DNA of 64,000 bases from Chloroflexota bacterium. Lineage in GTDB: Bacteria; Chloroflexota; Chloroflexia; QHBQ01; JADMIH01. The first letter of the stretch is position 1. The number at the start of each line of letters is the position of its first letter. Location of the stretch: NCBI GenBank assembly GCA_027317125.1, contig DAHVFG010000002.1:880-64879 (forward strand), given 5' to 3'. The notes below the pieces were generated by a model. It was given only the letters and a program-made list of their open reading frames with translations. It made no database searches and was not told where the DNA came from. A program made the position numbers and the translations under genes. Positions 8,018-17,535 of the stretch are shown here, in pieces.

Positions 8018-10300
8018 ATGACAGCACTTCGGTCCACAACGCTTGCAAAGAGTGTTCGTTCTCTACTCCCGGCTGCAAGCCGCTTGTGGCACCTGGCGAC
8101 GCTTCTCATGATCGCTGCTCTCACTCTCGGCTTCACGCTGCTGGCGAAAGAGGTGTCGGGCGATGAGAAGGTAAGACTCGGAACGCCGGTAGACACTATC
8201 TACACTCCTCATGGTTTTTACGACTTAGAAAAGAGCGCCGAGCAAGGCACATATCGCTGGACCCTCCCCGACGCGCAAATCACTCTCCCAGGATGGGGGC
8301 CGGGCAGAATACATGTTATATTTCGGGGCGTGGAAGGCAGCGCAAGCTCCAGGGTGGCCACGCTTCTCTACAACGGCAGCGTAGTAGACCAGACCAGTAC
8401 TCGGCCCGGAGAAGCCTGGTCCCTCCAGGGCTGGGTCTCGACGCAGACTCGCAACCCCATAATCACCGTCACCTCACCGCCACTTGTCGCGCCTGGGGAC
8501 AACCGCTCCCTGGGCCTGCTAACCAGAGAATTGGAAATATATGCGCCTGATGCACGCCTTCGCGCCTTCCTGAATCTTGCGCTCCTGGGGTTTACAGCTA
8601 TACTGCTTTATCTCTCTGTGCTTGCCTGGTTCGGTAATCCGCTACTCGCGCTGAGCACGGGCGTTGCTATCCTCTCTCTGCTCGGCTCGCTCGTGGTCTA
8701 CCGCGACCGCTGGATGGCAACAGTGGTGTGGGTAGCTCCTGCTCTACTGTCAGGGCTTTTGCTGCTGGGGTTGGCGGGTGGGTGGGCACGGAGTGGCGTC
8801 CCTGATCGCGCCCCGGCGCGTGGCCCTGTCCGCAGGTGTTCTTTGCTGATTGTGCTGGCCCTTACTGCCTTTTTACTGCTACTGACACAGGGGTTCCTGA
8901 ACGCCTTCGACTCGGAGCGTATGTACAGTGTGGCCGGTGGGCTTGCAGAGCTTGGCCGCCCCAGCAGGTATCCAAGCCTCAACGGATACACCAAATACGG
9001 CTTTGGCTTGCCTCTGCTGGCGGTGCCGTTTTATTGGTTGGGCAAGCTTGGCACGCTGGTGGGCGGCAGCTATGATGCGATCACGCGCTTCACCGTCTCG
9101 ATGACCAACCTGCCTGTTACAGCGATAACTTGCTGGCTCCTTTATCGTGCATCCCGGCGCTTCGCGGGCATCGGCGCGTCACTGGCAGTGGCGGGCACTT
9201 ACCTGCTTGCGACCCCCGCGCTCAATTATGGCCGCACTTTCTTCTCGGAAACAGCAGGCGGTGCTCTCTTGCTCGCTGCCACGCTGCTAATCGTGCCGCC
9301 CCAGGGTGAGGTTGCACCTTCGCCTCGCCGCGTTGTGGTCGCGGGTGCGCTGCTAGGTGGGATGATATGGCTCAAGCCCGCGTTCGCGGTCTTCCTGCCC
9401 GCGCCCGGCCTGGTTGTAGTTGTGCTCTGGCTGCTGGCTGCACGCTCGAATGTGCATAAATCGCTTCCTGCTTTGCTGCGTCGTGCCGCGACTGCGCTCT
9501 TACTCTATTTCATTGGGCCTGTGGCAGCAGGTGTGGTGCAGATTCTCTACAACTTGCTGCGATACGCTCCTCTAGCCGATGCATGGCGTCGCACAGGCTA
9601 CGAGAAGGAGCCTGGCTTTACCACTCCTTTGTTGGAAGGGTTGGGCGGCCTGCTTTTCAGCCCAGGCAAGAGCCTCTTCCTCTTCGCGCCGCCCCTTATC
9701 CTTGCGCCACTGGGCCTGTGGCTCATGCATCGTCGCGGCCTGCTCGGTGGCAGAGTGGCCTACGTCCTGGTGGCGGCCCAGACGCTGGCGAGCCTTTTGT
9801 TCAATGCTACGTGGTGGGCCTGGACAGGTAATTTCGCCTGGGGCCCACGCCTTATCATACCTGTGCTGCCTTTGCTGACATGGACCCTCGCGCCCATCGG
9901 ACAGTACGCTATGCGCGGGGCTGCGAGCGCCATTGGCAAGCGCACGTCGCACAAGGCGTTGCTCTGGTTCTGGGGGGCGCTGGTTGTGCTGGGGGCGCTA
10001 GTGTCCATACCTGGAGCCCTGGTCAATTTCCAGCTCTACTTTGAGGAACATGGCCTTGTGCTGGCGGGCGACCCCGGCGAGGCCGCCACCATCTACGATC
10101 CCACCCACTCGCCCCTGATCGAAGAACCGGGCTACTTGCTTTCTGGTGTGACATCGGCAATACAGCGCCCCACGTTGCAAGATGCAGGGCTCCCCGGGGC
10201 GTGGGATGTACTGGTGCCTGGTGCGCTCACTCTGGTGTCAGTGGTGTTGCTGTGGGCGGCGCGCAGGCGTCCGCCAGGCGCTGTGGAGAATGCGGGGTGA
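8018..10300 (+). CDS. Large polytopic membrane protein, GT-C-type glycosyltransferase-like
   Basis: 760-aa ORF with an N-terminal ~150-aa soluble region followed by more than 12 hydrophobic segments. No sharp motif recognised. Confidence 0.45.
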   Translation: MTALRSTTLAKSVRSLLPAASRLWHLATLLMIAALTLGFTLLAKEVSGDEKVRLGTPVDTIYTPHGFYDLEKSAEQGTYRWTLPDAQITLPGWGPGRIHVIFRGVEGSASSRVATLLYNGSVVDQTSTRPGEAWSLQGWVSTQTRNPIITVTSPPLVAPGDNRSLGLLTRELEIYAPDARLRAFLNLALLGFTAILLYLSVLAWFGNPLLALSTGVAILSLLGSLVVYRDRWMATVVWVAPALLSGLLLLGLAGGWARSGVPDRAPARGPVRRCSLLIVLALTAFLLLLTQGFLNAFDSERMYSVAGGLAELGRPSRYPSLNGYTKYGFGLPLLAVPFYWLGKLGTLVGGSYDAITRFTVSMTNLPVTAITCWLLYRASRRFAGIGASLAVAGTYLLATPALNYGRTFFSETAGGALLLAATLLIVPPQGEVAPSPRRVVVAGALLGGMIWLKPAFAVFLPAPGLVVVVLWLLAARSNVHKSLPALLRRAATALLLYFIGPVAAGVVQILYNLLRYAPLADAWRRTGYEKEPGFTTPLLEGLGGLLFSPGKSLFLFAPPLILAPLGLWLMHRRGLLGGRVAYVLVAAQTLASLLFNATWWAWTGNFAWGPRLIIPVLPLLTWTLAPIGQYAMRGAASAIGKRTSHKALLWFWGALVVLGALVSIPGALVNFQLYFEEHGLVLAGDPGEAATIYDPTHSPLIEEPGYLLSGVTSAIQRPTLQDAGLPGAWDVLVPGALTLVSVVLLWAARRRPPGAVENAG

Positions 10301-10366
10301 TGCTTTGCGCCTTTGCCTTCCCTCGCGACCTCTATTTAGATGTAATCGCCCTGGACTCAGTACTGA

Positions 10367-10501
10367 GTAACTGTTCAGATTTAGGGTGGAGCAATCTTCT
10401 TGGGGTATCTGTACGCCCTCACCCCATGCCCCTCTCCCACAAGGGAGAGGGGCATGGGGTGAGGGGAGGGACGCCCCTGCACCCATACTCTGAACGCTTA
10501 C
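10367..10501. mobile_element. MITE copy B (one-module form)
   Basis: TIRs gtaactgttcaga / tctgaacgcttac. 8-bp repeat AGTACTGA at 10359-10366 and 10502-10509. That flank is itself part of a palindrome, so a TIR extension cannot be excluded here. Core ccctctcccacaagggagaggg. Confidence 0.8.
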
Positions 10502-10515
10502 AGTACTGATGTCAG

Positions 10516-10544
10516 TTGACTATTCAATTACCCGATGCTAAACT
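10516..10544 (+). promoter_or_regulatory. Sigma-70-type promoter of iolG
   Basis: TTGACT (10516-10521), 17-bp spacer, TAAACT (10539-10544). ATG of iolG at 10576. The -35 starts 6 bp after the MITE B TSD. Confidence 0.6.
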
Positions 10545-10575
10545 GGCTGGAGTTTCCCCTTATGAGGTTGTGTAC

Positions 10576-11604
10576 ATGACGATTCCCTTGAATGTCGCGT
10601 TGATAGGCGCTGGGCGCATCGGCCAGGTTCACGCCGATAACCTGGCCCGTGCTGTACCTCTTGCCCGTCTGGCAGGCATTGCCGATGTAAACGAACGAAC
10701 GGCCCAGGAAACGGCCCAGCGCGTGGGCTGCCCTCGCTGGACCACTGATGCGTTGGAGTTGATACGCGACCCGAGTGTGAATGGCGTGGTGATAGCCAGC
10801 CCCAACGCCACGCACGCCAGCCTGATTATCGCCTCAGCCGAGGCGGGTAAGCCGATCTTCTGCGAGAAACCGATTGATCGCGACCTGGCAAGAACCGATG
10901 AAGCGCTGGCCGCCGTTAGAGCCGCGGGCGTGCCTTTGCAGCTGGGCTTCCAAAGGCGTTACGATGCCGCGCATGTGTATTCGCAGCGCATGGTAGCCGA
11001 GGGTAAGCTTGGACGCCTCCTCCTCGTACACTCCCATACCCGCGACCCGGAGCCGCCGCCCGCGACTATACTCGCCGATTCAGGCGGGATATTCAAGGAT
11101 ACGTCTGTACACGATTTCGACGCCCTGCGCTGGATAGTGGGCGAGGAGATAGTGGAGGTCACAGCTACTGCGTCGGTTGGCCCCGCCACCGGCTTCACCT
11201 CCTCCGGTGAGCCTGACATGGCGGCTATTACCGTACGATTCGCAAACGATGTCATCGGGCAGATAGATGCTGTGCGGGGCGTGCTTTACGGCTACGATGT
11301 ACGTACCGAGATAATAGGGTCGGAAGCATCGGTTATGGGGGGTTATCATAACGCCACACCTGTCACGTTGTTCCGGCCCGACGCTGTTATACAGGATCAC
11401 GTGTTCTGGTTCCCCCAGCGCTTCGGCCAGGCCTATCTGGACGAGTTGAAGGCCTGGGCTGAGAACGTGACGGGGGGTAAGCCCGTCAGCCCCACAGGGT
11501 TCGACGGTCGCCAGGCCCTGGTAGTTGCGCAGGCGGCTGAGGAGAGCGTGAGGCGGGGCGGCCAGGCCATCAAAGTGCCCGCGCCCTCCAAAGCGCCATG
11601 CTAA
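10576..11604 (+). CDS. iolG: Inositol 2-dehydrogenase (Gfo/Idh/MocA family)
   Basis: N-terminal Rossmann motif VALIGAGRIGQVHADNLA and EKP motif (FCEKPI). iol genes nearby. Start at 10576 has GAGG 8 nt upstream; the ORF is open from 10516. Confidence 0.8.
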   Translation: MTIPLNVALIGAGRIGQVHADNLARAVPLARLAGIADVNERTAQETAQRVGCPRWTTDALELIRDPSVNGVVIASPNATHASLIIASAEAGKPIFCEKPIDRDLARTDEALAAVRAAGVPLQLGFQRRYDAAHVYSQRMVAEGKLGRLLLVHSHTRDPEPPPATILADSGGIFKDTSVHDFDALRWIVGEEIVEVTATASVGPATGFTSSGEPDMAAITVRFANDVIGQIDAVRGVLYGYDVRTEIIGSEASVMGGYHNATPVTLFRPDAVIQDHVFWFPQRFGQAYLDELKAWAENVTGGKPVSPTGFDGRQALVVAQAAEESVRRGGQAIKVPAPSKAPC

Positions 11605-11623
11605 GCTATCCTGATGGCGGGGA

Positions 11624-12766
11624 TCAAGAGGCTGCCTGGAAAGTGACCGGCAGGTGCTTTACGCCGTAGACGATAGCGCTGCCGGTGGCTTCGAGAGGCG
11701 TAGCGACATCCAATTTAATTTCTCTCAGCCGTTCCAGCATTAGCGTTATAGCGATTTTGCTTTCCAAGCGGGCGAGCGGCGCGCCAATGCAAAAGTGAAT
11801 GCCATGCCCGAAGGCGAGGTGCCTGTTCGGCGTCCTGCTGATGTCAAAGCGGTCGGGATCGGGGAACTGGGCTTCGTCGCGATTGGCCGAGCCGATCTGC
11901 GCGAGCACCATCTGGCCTTTGCGGATCTGCTCAGCACCGAGGGTCACATCAGCAGCGGCCCTGCGGTACATCATCTGTACAGGCGAGCGGTATCGCAAGA
12001 CTTCTTCGATAGCGGCGGGCATCAATTCGGGTGTGGCCCGCAACTGCTCCATGATCCCAGGGTTCTCGTTGAAGCAGAGAATAGCGTTGCCGATGAGGTT
12101 GGTGGTGGTTTCGTTCCCCGCCACGAGCAGCAGGATACAAAAGCCCAGCAACTCGCGCTGCGTCAGGTGTACTCCGTCGATTTGAGCTTCCAGTAAGGCG
12201 CTTATGAGGTCGTTCTTTCCCTCGTGGTGTTGCTCAATCAGTCCCAGGAAGTAACCGCTCATTTCGGCTTGCGGGTTGGTGGCGCCTCCGACGCCGGCTC
12301 CGACGATAGCATCAGACCAGGCTTTGAAGCGTGAGCGATCCTCCTGTGGTATTCCCAGCATTTCTGCGATCACAATCACGGGTAAGGGGTAGGCCAGGTC
12401 GTCAATCACGTCCATGCGTCCCTGGGCGACTACTCGGGCAAGCAGCTCGTTTACAATAGCAGTGATACGCTCCGAGAGAGCCGCCACAGCACGCGGAGTG
12501 AAAGCCTGCGTCACCAGGTTGCGCAGTTGCCGGTGCCGTGGTGGATCCATCGAAATCACGCTGGCGCTCAAAGGGTCGTCCTCATTCTCCCCGCCGCTAA
12601 AATTCGAAGAGAATGCGGCATGGTCAGAGAGGACGCGCATAACGTCGTTATAGCTGAACACCTGCCAGGTGTCATATGGCTCAAGGTAATAAACCGGGTG
12701 CATCTCACGCATCAGGCGGTAAGCCGGAAAGGGGTTTAGCCGCTGATCCTCAATAATTTTCTGCAC
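11624..12766 (-). CDS. Cytochrome P450
   Basis: Heme-binding loop FGHGIHFCIGAPLARLE, AGNETT (I-helix) and EVLRY (ExxR). GTG start with AGGAGGAG 7 nt upstream. Confidence 0.9.
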   Translation of the reverse strand: MQKIIEDQRLNPFPAYRLMREMHPVYYLEPYDTWQVFSYNDVMRVLSDHAAFSSNFSGGENEDDPLSASVISMDPPRHRQLRNLVTQAFTPRAVAALSERITAIVNELLARVVAQGRMDVIDDLAYPLPVIVIAEMLGIPQEDRSRFKAWSDAIVGAGVGGATNPQAEMSGYFLGLIEQHHEGKNDLISALLEAQIDGVHLTQRELLGFCILLLVAGNETTTNLIGNAILCFNENPGIMEQLRATPELMPAAIEEVLRYRSPVQMMYRRAAADVTLGAEQIRKGQMVLAQIGSANRDEAQFPDPDRFDISRTPNRHLAFGHGIHFCIGAPLARLESKIAITLMLERLREIKLDVATPLEATGSAIVYGVKHLPVTFQAAS

Positions 12767-13016
12767 CGTGTATGCTCCTCCTATCTATCGATTTTTAGAT
12801 AGCTTCTCCGGTTATTATCCGGCACAAAGATAATCACGTCAAAGCTGCGGGTTATGGTTCAGCCGAACGATGAATAGACCCTACAAAGTAAGCAATATTA
12901 CTGATGTACAACCAGCCTGTATCTGTTATATGTTGTTGGAAAGTGGACCGAGAGCCAGGATGATAACCGAGGAGGGAGCAGAAATGGACTGTATCAGCAG
13001 CATAGGAGCAGCAGCC

Positions 13017-13328
13017 ATGAGCCAGTCGCCCGAATATGACCCTGATGCAGTACTGAAAGTTGCGGCGCAGTCGCACCCCAATGCTATTGCCGGGGCAATC
13101 GCCGGCATAATACGCAGCCGAGGCCACGTTGAGATACAGGCAATCGGCCCAGGAGCAATTAACCAGGCGATCAAAGCTGTGGCTGTGGCGCGCGGCTATC
13201 TCCGCCCTGACTGCATAGAAATCGGCTTCATTCCATCCTTCTTCGAGGTTACAATCGGCGGCCAAGAAAGGACTGCTATGCGCCTGTTGGTCGAAGTGCA
13301 CACAGCAATCGCCCAGGATGAAATCTAG
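13017..13328 (+). CDS. spoVS: SpoVS family protein
   Basis: LKVAAQSHPNAIAGAIAGIIRSRGHVEIQAIGPGAINQAIKAVAVARGYL...TAMRLLV aligns along the whole of B. subtilis SpoVS as I remember it. Start at 13017 (AGGAG 8 nt upstream) or 12984; the ORF is open from 12870. Confidence 0.85.
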   Translation: MSQSPEYDPDAVLKVAAQSHPNAIAGAIAGIIRSRGHVEIQAIGPGAINQAIKAVAVARGYLRPDCIEIGFIPSFFEVTIGGQERTAMRLLVEVHTAIAQDEI

Positions 13329-13476
13329 GAAGAGCGCCTGCAACAGGTGGAAGCAGCGTTCAGTGCCCTGCCTCAAGGCCGTGTGGAAATTTGCGCCACG
13401 CCTGTGTCCTCCTCCGGATAATGGACGCAGGCCTTCCAGGGCGCGAGCGGATGTGGAAAACTCTGGTAACAGGCTA

Positions 13477-13505
13477 TTGACAGAGCAAGCAAGGGGCAGT
13501 ATACT
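13477..13505 (+). promoter_or_regulatory. Near-consensus sigma-70 promoter with no downstream CDS
   Basis: TTGACA (13477-13482), exact 17-bp spacer, TATACT (13500-13505). Confidence 0.7.
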
Positions 13506-13511
13506 AAGGCT

Positions 13512-13595
13512 ACTTCGAGATTACAACTTCGGTTGTAGGATCGAAGGAACAGGAACCCAGACGGTCCTCACGGATTGTTTGGGTTTTCTGTTTGT
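13512..13595 (+). ncRNA. Candidate small RNA (~85 nt): UUCG-capped hairpin plus intrinsic terminator
   Basis: Hairpin 1 (13513-13546): CUUCGA-GA-UUACAAC-UUCG-GUUGUAG-GA-UCGAAG. Hairpin 2 (13554-13585): 14-bp stem AACCCAGACGGUCC/GGAUUGUUUGGGUU with 3 G-U pairs that form only on the + strand, loop UCAC, then UUCUGUUUGU. No ATG or ORF. Confidence 0.55.
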
Positions 13596-13869
13596 GCTTC
13601 GCCCCACTCCGTCGGGTCGGCCGTTAATGCAGCTTTGCTCTGGGAGTTCAGGCAGTACTCGCCAGGTGATACGGTGGGTACAAAGCCAGGATTACTCAGT
13701 ATGCGTAAAGTAAGCTGTTAACCTGCCTTGCGCATTGGGGCGTTTGGCGAACAAACCGTGCGTTGTCACTCTGAACGCGGTCAAAATGACAATGACGAGA
13801 GGACCTGTCCAGGCTTACTTTCAAGCTGACCGAGAGAGGCGTCTGGCGTTAGTTGTCCCTCGCCTTGCA

Positions 13870-15072
13870 TCATGTGCACTGTTGACTGGCCGGGGGTTGT
13901 AATACAAGCGGAGTGCCCTCGGCTGCTAACCGCTCCAGCAGTGCCGTCGGATATTCCAGGCCCGGCAGTTCCTCTATCTCCTTTCGTAGGCGTTGTGCAG
14001 CTCGCCTGTAAGCTGGGTCGTATAACACTTCACGTGCAGCGTCCCCTATAGCCACGGCGCTGCGCCTCTCCGCCTCTATAACATGCGCCACCCCTAGCTC
14101 GGCGCAACTCTGGGCATTCTCCGGTTGGTCAGCAGCTATAGGGATAATCACCATCGGTAGGCCGAGGCTGAGAGCGTCCATCATTGTACCGGAGCCTCCA
14201 TGCGAGATTACCAGGTCGCAGTAGGGAAGCAACAACTTTTGAGGGATATAGCGTTCTACGTGCACATGCGCCGGCTGCTCGCCAAAATCCAGTGGATTTT
14301 GGTTGCGGCCAATAGTAATTATCAAGTTGATTGGTTCTTCTCGGAGAGCTTCAAGAATGGCCGAGTGGATCGGGGTCATATGGTTGAATACAGTGCCGAG
14401 GGTGGCGTATACAGTAGGTCGCTGCCCCAATTTGGCGACCCACCCCGGCAATTTTTCTTCGCCAGATTGACTGAACCCTGTATATCGAAATGGATGAGTG
14501 GTGGGTGGAACGGGAGACGATCGGCTCCAGAGGCTCGGTGGGCGTGGGGAGAGCAACAGATAGCGATAGAGCACATCAGCCGTCTCCGCGGGAGGGAGGC
14601 CGACTGATGCACGCAGTTGGTGGAGTGGTTCAGCCATTACCTCCAAAAAGCGCGTTCGGGCCGCCGTTATCTGGACGGCGGCGTGCGGGACCCCGTCGCA
14701 TTCGGCGGCGACGCAGCCCGCGAGCTCGGTGTTCTCCCGCACCACAACGTCGGGACGCCAGTCGCGTATAATGCCCAGCATGTCGGGGAGCGCGCGCTGT
14801 GCTCTTACGCCGGCGAAGACATACTTCAACGTAAAGTATGCCGGCTCCTGTGGGCCAAGCCCCGCCATTTGTTCTCTGCGCTGCCGCACTTCTTCATCGC
14901 TATCATCAACCCCCGCACGAAAACACCGGAAGCCGCTGGCCTCTATAACCGGGCGGAACCCCTGTGTTGAAGCGAATGCAACTTCGTGGCCTGACATTTC
15001 CAATGCCCGTGCAAGCGGGACGAGTGGGTGCCAGTGGCCGGAGCTTGGCTGACTGGTAAAGAGAACTCGCAT
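13870..15072 (-). CDS. GT1-family glycosyltransferase (MGT / UDP-glycosyltransferase type)
   Basis: 400 aa. C-terminal donor-binding signature HGGSGTMMDALSLGLPMVIIPIAADQPENA. Confidence 0.85.
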   Translation of the reverse strand: MRVLFTSQPSSGHWHPLVPLARALEMSGHEVAFASTQGFRPVIEASGFRCFRAGVDDSDEEVRQRREQMAGLGPQEPAYFTLKYVFAGVRAQRALPDMLGIIRDWRPDVVVRENTELAGCVAAECDGVPHAAVQITAARTRFLEVMAEPLHQLRASVGLPPAETADVLYRYLLLSPRPPSLWSRSSPVPPTTHPFRYTGFSQSGEEKLPGWVAKLGQRPTVYATLGTVFNHMTPIHSAILEALREEPINLIITIGRNQNPLDFGEQPAHVHVERYIPQKLLLPYCDLVISHGGSGTMMDALSLGLPMVIIPIAADQPENAQSCAELGVAHVIEAERRSAVAIGDAAREVLYDPAYRRAAQRLRKEIEELPGLEYPTALLERLAAEGTPLVLQPPASQQCT

Positions 15073-15164
15073 GGTGTTACCTCACATTACACGTGGTGGA
15101 GTGGGAGACGAGCTCCTCAGCGCTCATCGCCGGTCCTTAGCCCCCATTACTCGCAAACGAGGGT

Positions 15165-15200
15165 CCCTTGCAGCACCCCTTATCTGAACAGTACAGTTAC
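15165..15200. repeat. Right-end remnant of an older MITE (E-like subfamily)
   Basis: cccttgcagcaccccttatctgaacagtacagttac ends in ..tctgaac..ttac at 15200, directly abutting the AAAGCTAT target of copy C. No recognisable left end. Confidence 0.45.
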
Positions 15201-15208
15201 AAAGCTAT

Positions 15209-15443
15209 GTAAGTGTTCAGACTCAGGGTGGAGGGGCTAGCTTAGCCCCCTCTCCCTTCATGGGAGAGGGGGTTTGGGGGTGAGGGTGCGTAACGGTACG
15301 CCTCCACAGCTACTCCTTGCAGATTGCTACACCCCAACTCCTCTAAAAATGAGAAGGGTAGTAGTATAAAGGGGTGCTAAATCACTCGTATTTTCATTCG
15401 TAATGGTGACCCATAGGGTCATGGCTTACTCTGAACACTTACA
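15209..15443. mobile_element. MITE copy C (one module, ~90-bp extra internal segment)
   Basis: TIRs gtaagtgttcaga (15209-15221) / tctgaacacttac (15431-15443). Perfect 8-bp TSD AAAGCTAT at 15201-15208 and 15444-15451. Confidence 0.85.
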
Positions 15444-15457
15444 AAGCTATTCATACT

Positions 15458-15486
15458 GGACATAGACCTCGTAGAAGCGTACGATA
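15458..15486 (+). promoter_or_regulatory. Putative sigma-70-type promoter of the iolB operon
   Basis: TGGACA (15458-15463), 17-bp spacer, TACGAT (15481-15486). The -35 starts 6 bp after the MITE C TSD. iolB ATG at 15565. Confidence 0.5.
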
Positions 15487-15564
15487 AAGCTATACGAAAA
15501 GAGTGGGAAGCCAGACAACGAAATCTGAAACGTAACACACCTCATGTGATCAAGGAAGTGCTCC

Positions 15565-16470
15565 ATGCGCCAGTACAACGCAGATAACTTGATTGTTCAC
15601 CCGGGCAACTCATCTGAGCCTGATGTGGTCGTGGAGGTGACCCCTGAGATCGCCGGTTGGAACTACATTCACTTCCAGGTGCGCCGCCTTGAGCCTCAGC
15701 GCTCCTGGGCCTTCAATACCTCTGACAATGAGCTTGCGGTTGTGGTGCTGGGCGGCAGCCTGAGCGTCGCGTCGAACAGAGGCAAATGGCCGCAGGTGGG
15801 GCAGAGGAAGAACGTCTTCAGTGGCCTCCCCGCTGCCCTCTATCTCCCGCCGCACACCTCCTTCAGCGCGACGGCAGTGGCCGTCTGCGACTTCGCGGTC
15901 GCCTGGGCCTCCGCGGACCAGGATTACCCCCCCCGCCTTGTCACCCCCGCCGATGTTGAGGTTGAGATTCGTGGCGGCGATAACGCCACAAGACAGATCA
16001 ACAGCCTCCTGCCGCCCGGTTTCCCCTGCCAGAGGCTGGTGATCGTCGAGGTATACACGCCCGGCGGCAACTGGTCCAGCTACCCGCCGCATAAGCATGA
16101 CGTTCATAAAACCGACCCACAAGGCAAGCTTCTTGAGGCCGACCTGGAAGAGGTCTATTACTACAAGATAGATCGCCCGGAGGGTTATGCCTTACAGCGC
16201 ATCTATACCGCCCCCGAGTCGCCTTTGCACCGCGCCGGCTTTCCAATGGATAGTGTGCTTGTGCTGCGAGATAACGATGTGGCGCTGGTCCCTGAAGGCT
16301 ACCACCCGGTAAGCAGCCCGCCCGGCTACACCACCTATTACCTCAATGTGCTGGCGGGCAGTGCCCAATCGCTTGCTAACAGCGACGACCCGCAGTACTC
16401 ATGGGTCAAAGAGAGCTACCGGAGAGTGGACACGCGAGTGCCATTATACGATATATCAGATAAAGGTTAA
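15565..16470 (+). CDS. iolB: 5-deoxy-glucuronate isomerase
   Basis: 301-aa cupin-type protein (YPPHKHD...EEVYYY) in the position expected in an iol operon. AAGGAAG RBS. Confidence 0.8.
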   Translation: MRQYNADNLIVHPGNSSEPDVVVEVTPEIAGWNYIHFQVRRLEPQRSWAFNTSDNELAVVVLGGSLSVASNRGKWPQVGQRKNVFSGLPAALYLPPHTSFSATAVAVCDFAVAWASADQDYPPRLVTPADVEVEIRGGDNATRQINSLLPPGFPCQRLVIVEVYTPGGNWSSYPPHKHDVHKTDPQGKLLEADLEEVYYYKIDRPEGYALQRIYTAPESPLHRAGFPMDSVLVLRDNDVALVPEGYHPVSSPPGYTTYYLNVLAGSAQSLANSDDPQYSWVKESYRRVDTRVPLYDISDKG

Positions 16471-16474
16471 CATA

Positions 16475-17506
16475 GTGCAGAATGCGACCGGGACGTTCGA
16501 CGTGATAGCGATGGGCCGCTCCTCGATTGACCTCTACTCAAACGATATAGGCGCTCCTTTTGAGGAGATCACGAGCTTCGCCGCTTATGTAGGAGGCTGT
16601 CCAACTAACATCAGCGTGGGCACGCACAGATTAGGTCTGCGCTCGGCACTCCTTACGGCGGTGGGCGATGACCAGGTGGGTAACTTCATTCTCCATTTCC
16701 TGCAACGCGAAGGGGTCGAAACAGCTTTCATCCCGCGCAAGACGGGCAGGCGCTCCAGCGCTGTGCTCCTCGGCATCGAGCCGCCCGACCGCTTTCCCCT
16801 CACCTTTTACCGCGACAACTGCGCCGACATTGCGCTAAATGTAGACGACGTGGCGTCAGCCCCGATTGCTAGCAGTCATGTCTTGCTGATTACCGGCACA
16901 GGCATGAGCAAAGAGCCAAGCCGTAGCGCCACTCTCTTTGCCGCTGAAACGGCCAGGCAGGGGGGCACTACTGTGGCGCTGGATATAGACTTCCGCCCCG
17001 ACCAGTGGGCTGACCCGCGCGTCTTCGGGGCAACTATACGCTCGGCGCTACGGTTGGTGGATATAGCCATCGGCACGGAGGATGAGATAAACGCCGCCGT
17101 GCTCACTGAACCACAGCAAATAAGCCTCACTCACTCGCAACTCTCAGATGCCAGGGTGCGCGGCGACCCCGATGCAGCGAGCGCGGCCTTGCTTTCGCTG
17201 GGGCCGCAGGCGCTGATCCAAAAGCGGGGTGTAGAAGGGGCGCGCGTTCACCTGGCACAAAGCGATGGTCTCGCTGCTACTATTGACGTGCCCGGCTTTC
17301 CAGTGCAGGTAACAAATATCCTGGGGGCGGGCGACGCTTTTGCCTCCGGCTTCCTCTATGGCTATGTGAGCGGTTGGGACTGGCGCAAGGCTACACGCCT
17401 GGGCAATGCATGCGGCGCGATCCTGGTGACGAAACAGGGCTGCGCCAACTTTATGCCGACTTATGATGAGGCCATGAGCTTTATCGAGGAGCACGGGGGC
17501 TGGTGA
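16475..17506 (+). CDS. iolC: 5-dehydro-2-deoxygluconokinase (PfkB family)
   Basis: FDVIAMGRSSIDLYS N-terminus and the GAGDAF / PfkB C-terminal motif. GTG start at 16475 just after the iolB stop; the ORF is open from 16346. Confidence 0.8.
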   Translation: MQNATGTFDVIAMGRSSIDLYSNDIGAPFEEITSFAAYVGGCPTNISVGTHRLGLRSALLTAVGDDQVGNFILHFLQREGVETAFIPRKTGRRSSAVLLGIEPPDRFPLTFYRDNCADIALNVDDVASAPIASSHVLLITGTGMSKEPSRSATLFAAETARQGGTTVALDIDFRPDQWADPRVFGATIRSALRLVDIAIGTEDEINAAVLTEPQQISLTHSQLSDARVRGDPDAASAALLSLGPQALIQKRGVEGARVHLAQSDGLAATIDVPGFPVQVTNILGAGDAFASGFLYGYVSGWDWRKATRLGNACGAILVTKQGCANFMPTYDEAMSFIEEHGGW

Positions 17507-17535
17507 CAGTCAGACGAACCCGACGGAGCAGCACT

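Noticed and set aside
12870-13016. N-terminal 49-aa extension of the SpoVS ORF.
   Set aside because: SpoVS-family similarity begins only after residue ~55 of the ORF. Good RBSs precede the internal ATGs at 12984 and 13017, so the extension is probably untranslated leader.
13700-13790. Possible additional degenerate MITE (gtaagctgttaac ... cactctgaacgcggtc).
   Set aside because: Only loose resemblance to the termini, with no TSD and no internal module. It cannot be supported.
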